NCBI GenBank assembly: GCA_976226885.1
Contig: OZ320316.1
Span: 78,244,001-78,308,000 of the forward strand
Direction of reading: 5' to 3'
DNA: 64,000 nucleotides
Source: Iphione sp. A-MEVVRFRX5
Lineage: Eukaryota
Numbering within the stretch: the stretch's first letter is position 1; the number at the start of each line of letters is the position of its first letter. Shown one piece after another: positions 61,774 through 64,000 of the stretch. Made by a program: the position numbers and the translations under genes. The notes beneath the pieces were generated by a model. The model was given only the letters and a program-made list of their open reading frames with translations, searched no databases and was not told the DNA's origin.

Positions 61774-62241
61774 CTTTCGAGGAAGCTTGTGCAAATTCGT
61801 GATGTTAAGTGCCTTCGGCATACACCTGAGCATTTTCTATATGAAAAAAGAGAATTGGAACATACATGCACACATTCACTTTGTTTGTGTGTGTCTGTGT
61901 TATTCTCTGGAATGATTTAAACACAAACATAAGCGCACTTACTTTTACATATGCTAAAATGAAAGTACTTTATCAGAAATATGGACGGACGTTTCAGGTA
62001 ACACACAGACAGGTACGGCTCCACACCTACTGTCCTGTGTGACGGTTATTATTAACGACAGCGTTGCGTGCGAGTCCCGAAAAGCCTCGACAGATGCAGG
62101 TGCGAGTCCTGACGAGCCTCCATGAGTGGAAATGGAGCACTCGGGATGCGTGTGAAACGGACTGTTACCTAAATGATATTCGTTGTCCTTTCACTCCGAG
62201 TTCGGTACACTCACCTTCTTAAAGCAACTGCTGGCATACAT
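61774..62241 (-). CDS. Candidate first two coding exons (62215-62241, 61774-61836) of an unidentified gene
   Basis: ATG..AAG|GTGAGT (MYASSCFKK) and ctcttttttcatatag|KMLRCMPKALNITNLHKLPRK|gtgtat; both phase 0; CpG-richer surroundings. Confidence 0.25.
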
Positions 62242-63199
62242 TACATCTTGGCAGTGACGGAGTTATGGGTATGAACGGAGGATGGATAAGAGGAAGAAAG
62301 TAGTCAGAGTTGGCGTATCATGATGATACTATTTCTTTAACTTAAGAAGTTGGCGTTGTACATATTGATCGCAACCGTTTTTCTTTCATTTCGAAAGAGT
62401 TCTGCTCAAATGGAATTTTACAATGATATTGTAACGTGTTGGTCGTTGTCAGGTCGGATGGCTTTGCGAAATAAAGAACTTCCACACAGAATATGTGTTC
62501 GTTGTGCTCAATTCCAAGTCCGGATGAGAACTGTCTTAATTCAGAGAATCAGTGCCCTTATATACAGAGTCTGGCTCTAAAATTAGCCAAGGTACAACCT
62601 TAAAAATAGTAACACCCTCCCCCAGAGATCTTTCTGGAGGGGTGCTTCTAGAACCTTCTACTGCACATACTACCTTTCTCTCTAAGATGCCTCTGGAGAG
62701 ATCCTTTCTAGAACCTTCCGAGCTATGCTCAGTACACACGTACTGCCGTCTAGGGGAGTTTCTAGAATGTTCTTCCCACCCCATGCCACCGGTGGCTATT
62801 TCGGAGGATTATCCTCCGAGAACCCTTTCGGAGGAAACACTCTCAATGCGCATTTTGTTCATACCAAACACCGAAACGCTACACTTCCCCCACCTTAAGA
62901 GGGAAAACAGGGTTTTCACTCACCTATACTTACCGACTTTCCTCGGAAAACTTTTCGGAATTTCTGGACTTATACCTTTTTCACAAGAGATTTTCAACAG
63001 CAACCTATTCCTAACCTTCATTCTTAATACCTAAGACATGGTTAAAAGGGTTTTTTTGTAATTTTTGTTCTTTTATTGTTTTTTTTTCTGGTTTTAAGCT
63101 CACAGAGGTCATAAGTCTTTTTTTTTTTTTCAACACGGAGAGGGGGTCATCAGTTCAAAGTCTTTGAAATCAGTTGGAGGAGAGGGAATCTAGAGTCGT

Positions 63200-64000
63200 C
63201 TAGAGGGTATCCATAGTTAGCATCTCGATTCGGGGATCAGCGTTCTTCCGGAGTTGCGAGTGTAGCAAGCCCTTCTGTTTTGCTGCTAAATCGTCGACCA
63301 TCATCTGGAGGACCTCAAGTTCTGTATCCGAAATCGGGTCGTCACCGTGTTGTTCCACTAATGTGACTAGATGTTGCACCGCAGCATTGTGACATTCTAC
63401 CTCGTAGTTGTTGTTAGCTTCATGTAGGCCCCAATCACCGAGTTTGCCGGGCCGATGGGCCCCCGGGAGTAGCAGCCACGGGCGGTCTCTCAGGGGCTTG
63501 AGAGGATCTCCGATAACTAGGGGCCCCTCACTCGTCGCAGTGGTAGTGGCCATGGAGAGAGAGACAGCATACTTCTGCTCTGGAGAAAACCATTCCCAGC
63601 CCTCGGGTGGCCAGGTAACGTTCGGTGACACTGACACAGCCTGGGAGGGTATCCTTCTGACGACGCCGCAGAAGGGTCGCACCAGACCATCCGCCGTGGC
63701 CCCTACCCACTTACGGAATGCTGGGGACACTTGCTGTCCCATTCCAGCCTCGGATGGTACAGGTCGGGGCGATATGTCTTCACTCTGGTGATGCTGTGTC
63801 CCACTGACTGAAAGTTCGGTTGACTCAGGCGCTTTCGGAGGAGGTGTGCTATCCTTCTTCTGGGACAACGATAGCATCACTTCCTCTTTATCCTTTCCAG
63901 GCTGAGATGCTGGTGGCTGTTTTGGAGGACTTTGCCCGTTTGCCACGCTCACCGTTTCATCGTTCAAGGGTGATCCCCTCGGAGGAGAGGTCGGTACTTC
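63200..64000 (-). CDS. Intronless GC-rich ORF of unknown function, N-terminus beyond window edge
   Basis: Frame is open from 64000 to the stop at 63200 (the track's start at 63967 is a TTG); Pro/Ser-rich N-part followed by a globular-looking part with VTWPPEGWEWFSPEQK and WLLLPG. Confidence 0.55.
   Translation of the reverse strand, partial: EVPTSPPRGSPLNDETVSVANGQSPPKQPPASQPGKDKEEVMLSLSQKKDSTPPPKAPESTELSVSGTQHHQSEDISPRPVPSEAGMGQQVSPAFRKWVGATADGLVRPFCGVVRRIPSQAVSVSPNVTWPPEGWEWFSPEQKYAVSLSMATTTATSEGPLVIGDPLKPLRDRPWLLLPGAHRPGKLGDWGLHEANNNYEVECHNAAVQHLVTLVEQHGDDPISDTELEVLQMMVDDLAAKQKGLLHSQLRKNADPRIEMLTMDTL

Noticed and set aside
62350-62580. Signal-peptide-like ORF ALYILIATVFLSFRKSSAQ
   Set aside because: Starts at TTG right after an in-frame stop, and the nearest upstream ATG exon candidate has an incompatible phase.

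Overview
Eukaryotic (animal, probably marine-invertebrate) AT-rich genomic DNA with one scaffold gap (132 N, 29161-29292). The one gene I could fully reconstruct is on the + strand: ATG at 33234, 14 shared GT-AG coding exons with consistent phases, and a predicted secreted type-I membrane protein (signal peptide, two tandem ependymin/EPDR(LolA-fold)-like repeats, a SEA-like juxtamembrane segment). It ends in either of two duplicated transmembrane exons (52035-52126, 641 aa, 2-residue tail; 52295-52446, 661 aa, ~22-residue tail). The rest is mostly transposable-element debris: a decayed Ty3/Gypsy-like relic (1-4.7 kb); several CR1/L2-type LINE copies, one with a 790-codon open ORF2 carrying Asp-to-His changes in both catalytic motifs; a transposase relic split by a 1.38-kb TIR element with an 8-bp TSD; a MADF-domain relic; many TA-flanked CAG...CTG MITEs; and mini/microsatellites. 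A GC-rich intronless ORF of unknown function runs off the right edge. A few further exon-like segments may belong to additional genes but could not be identified. Family assignments come from motifs recalled from memory, not database searches.
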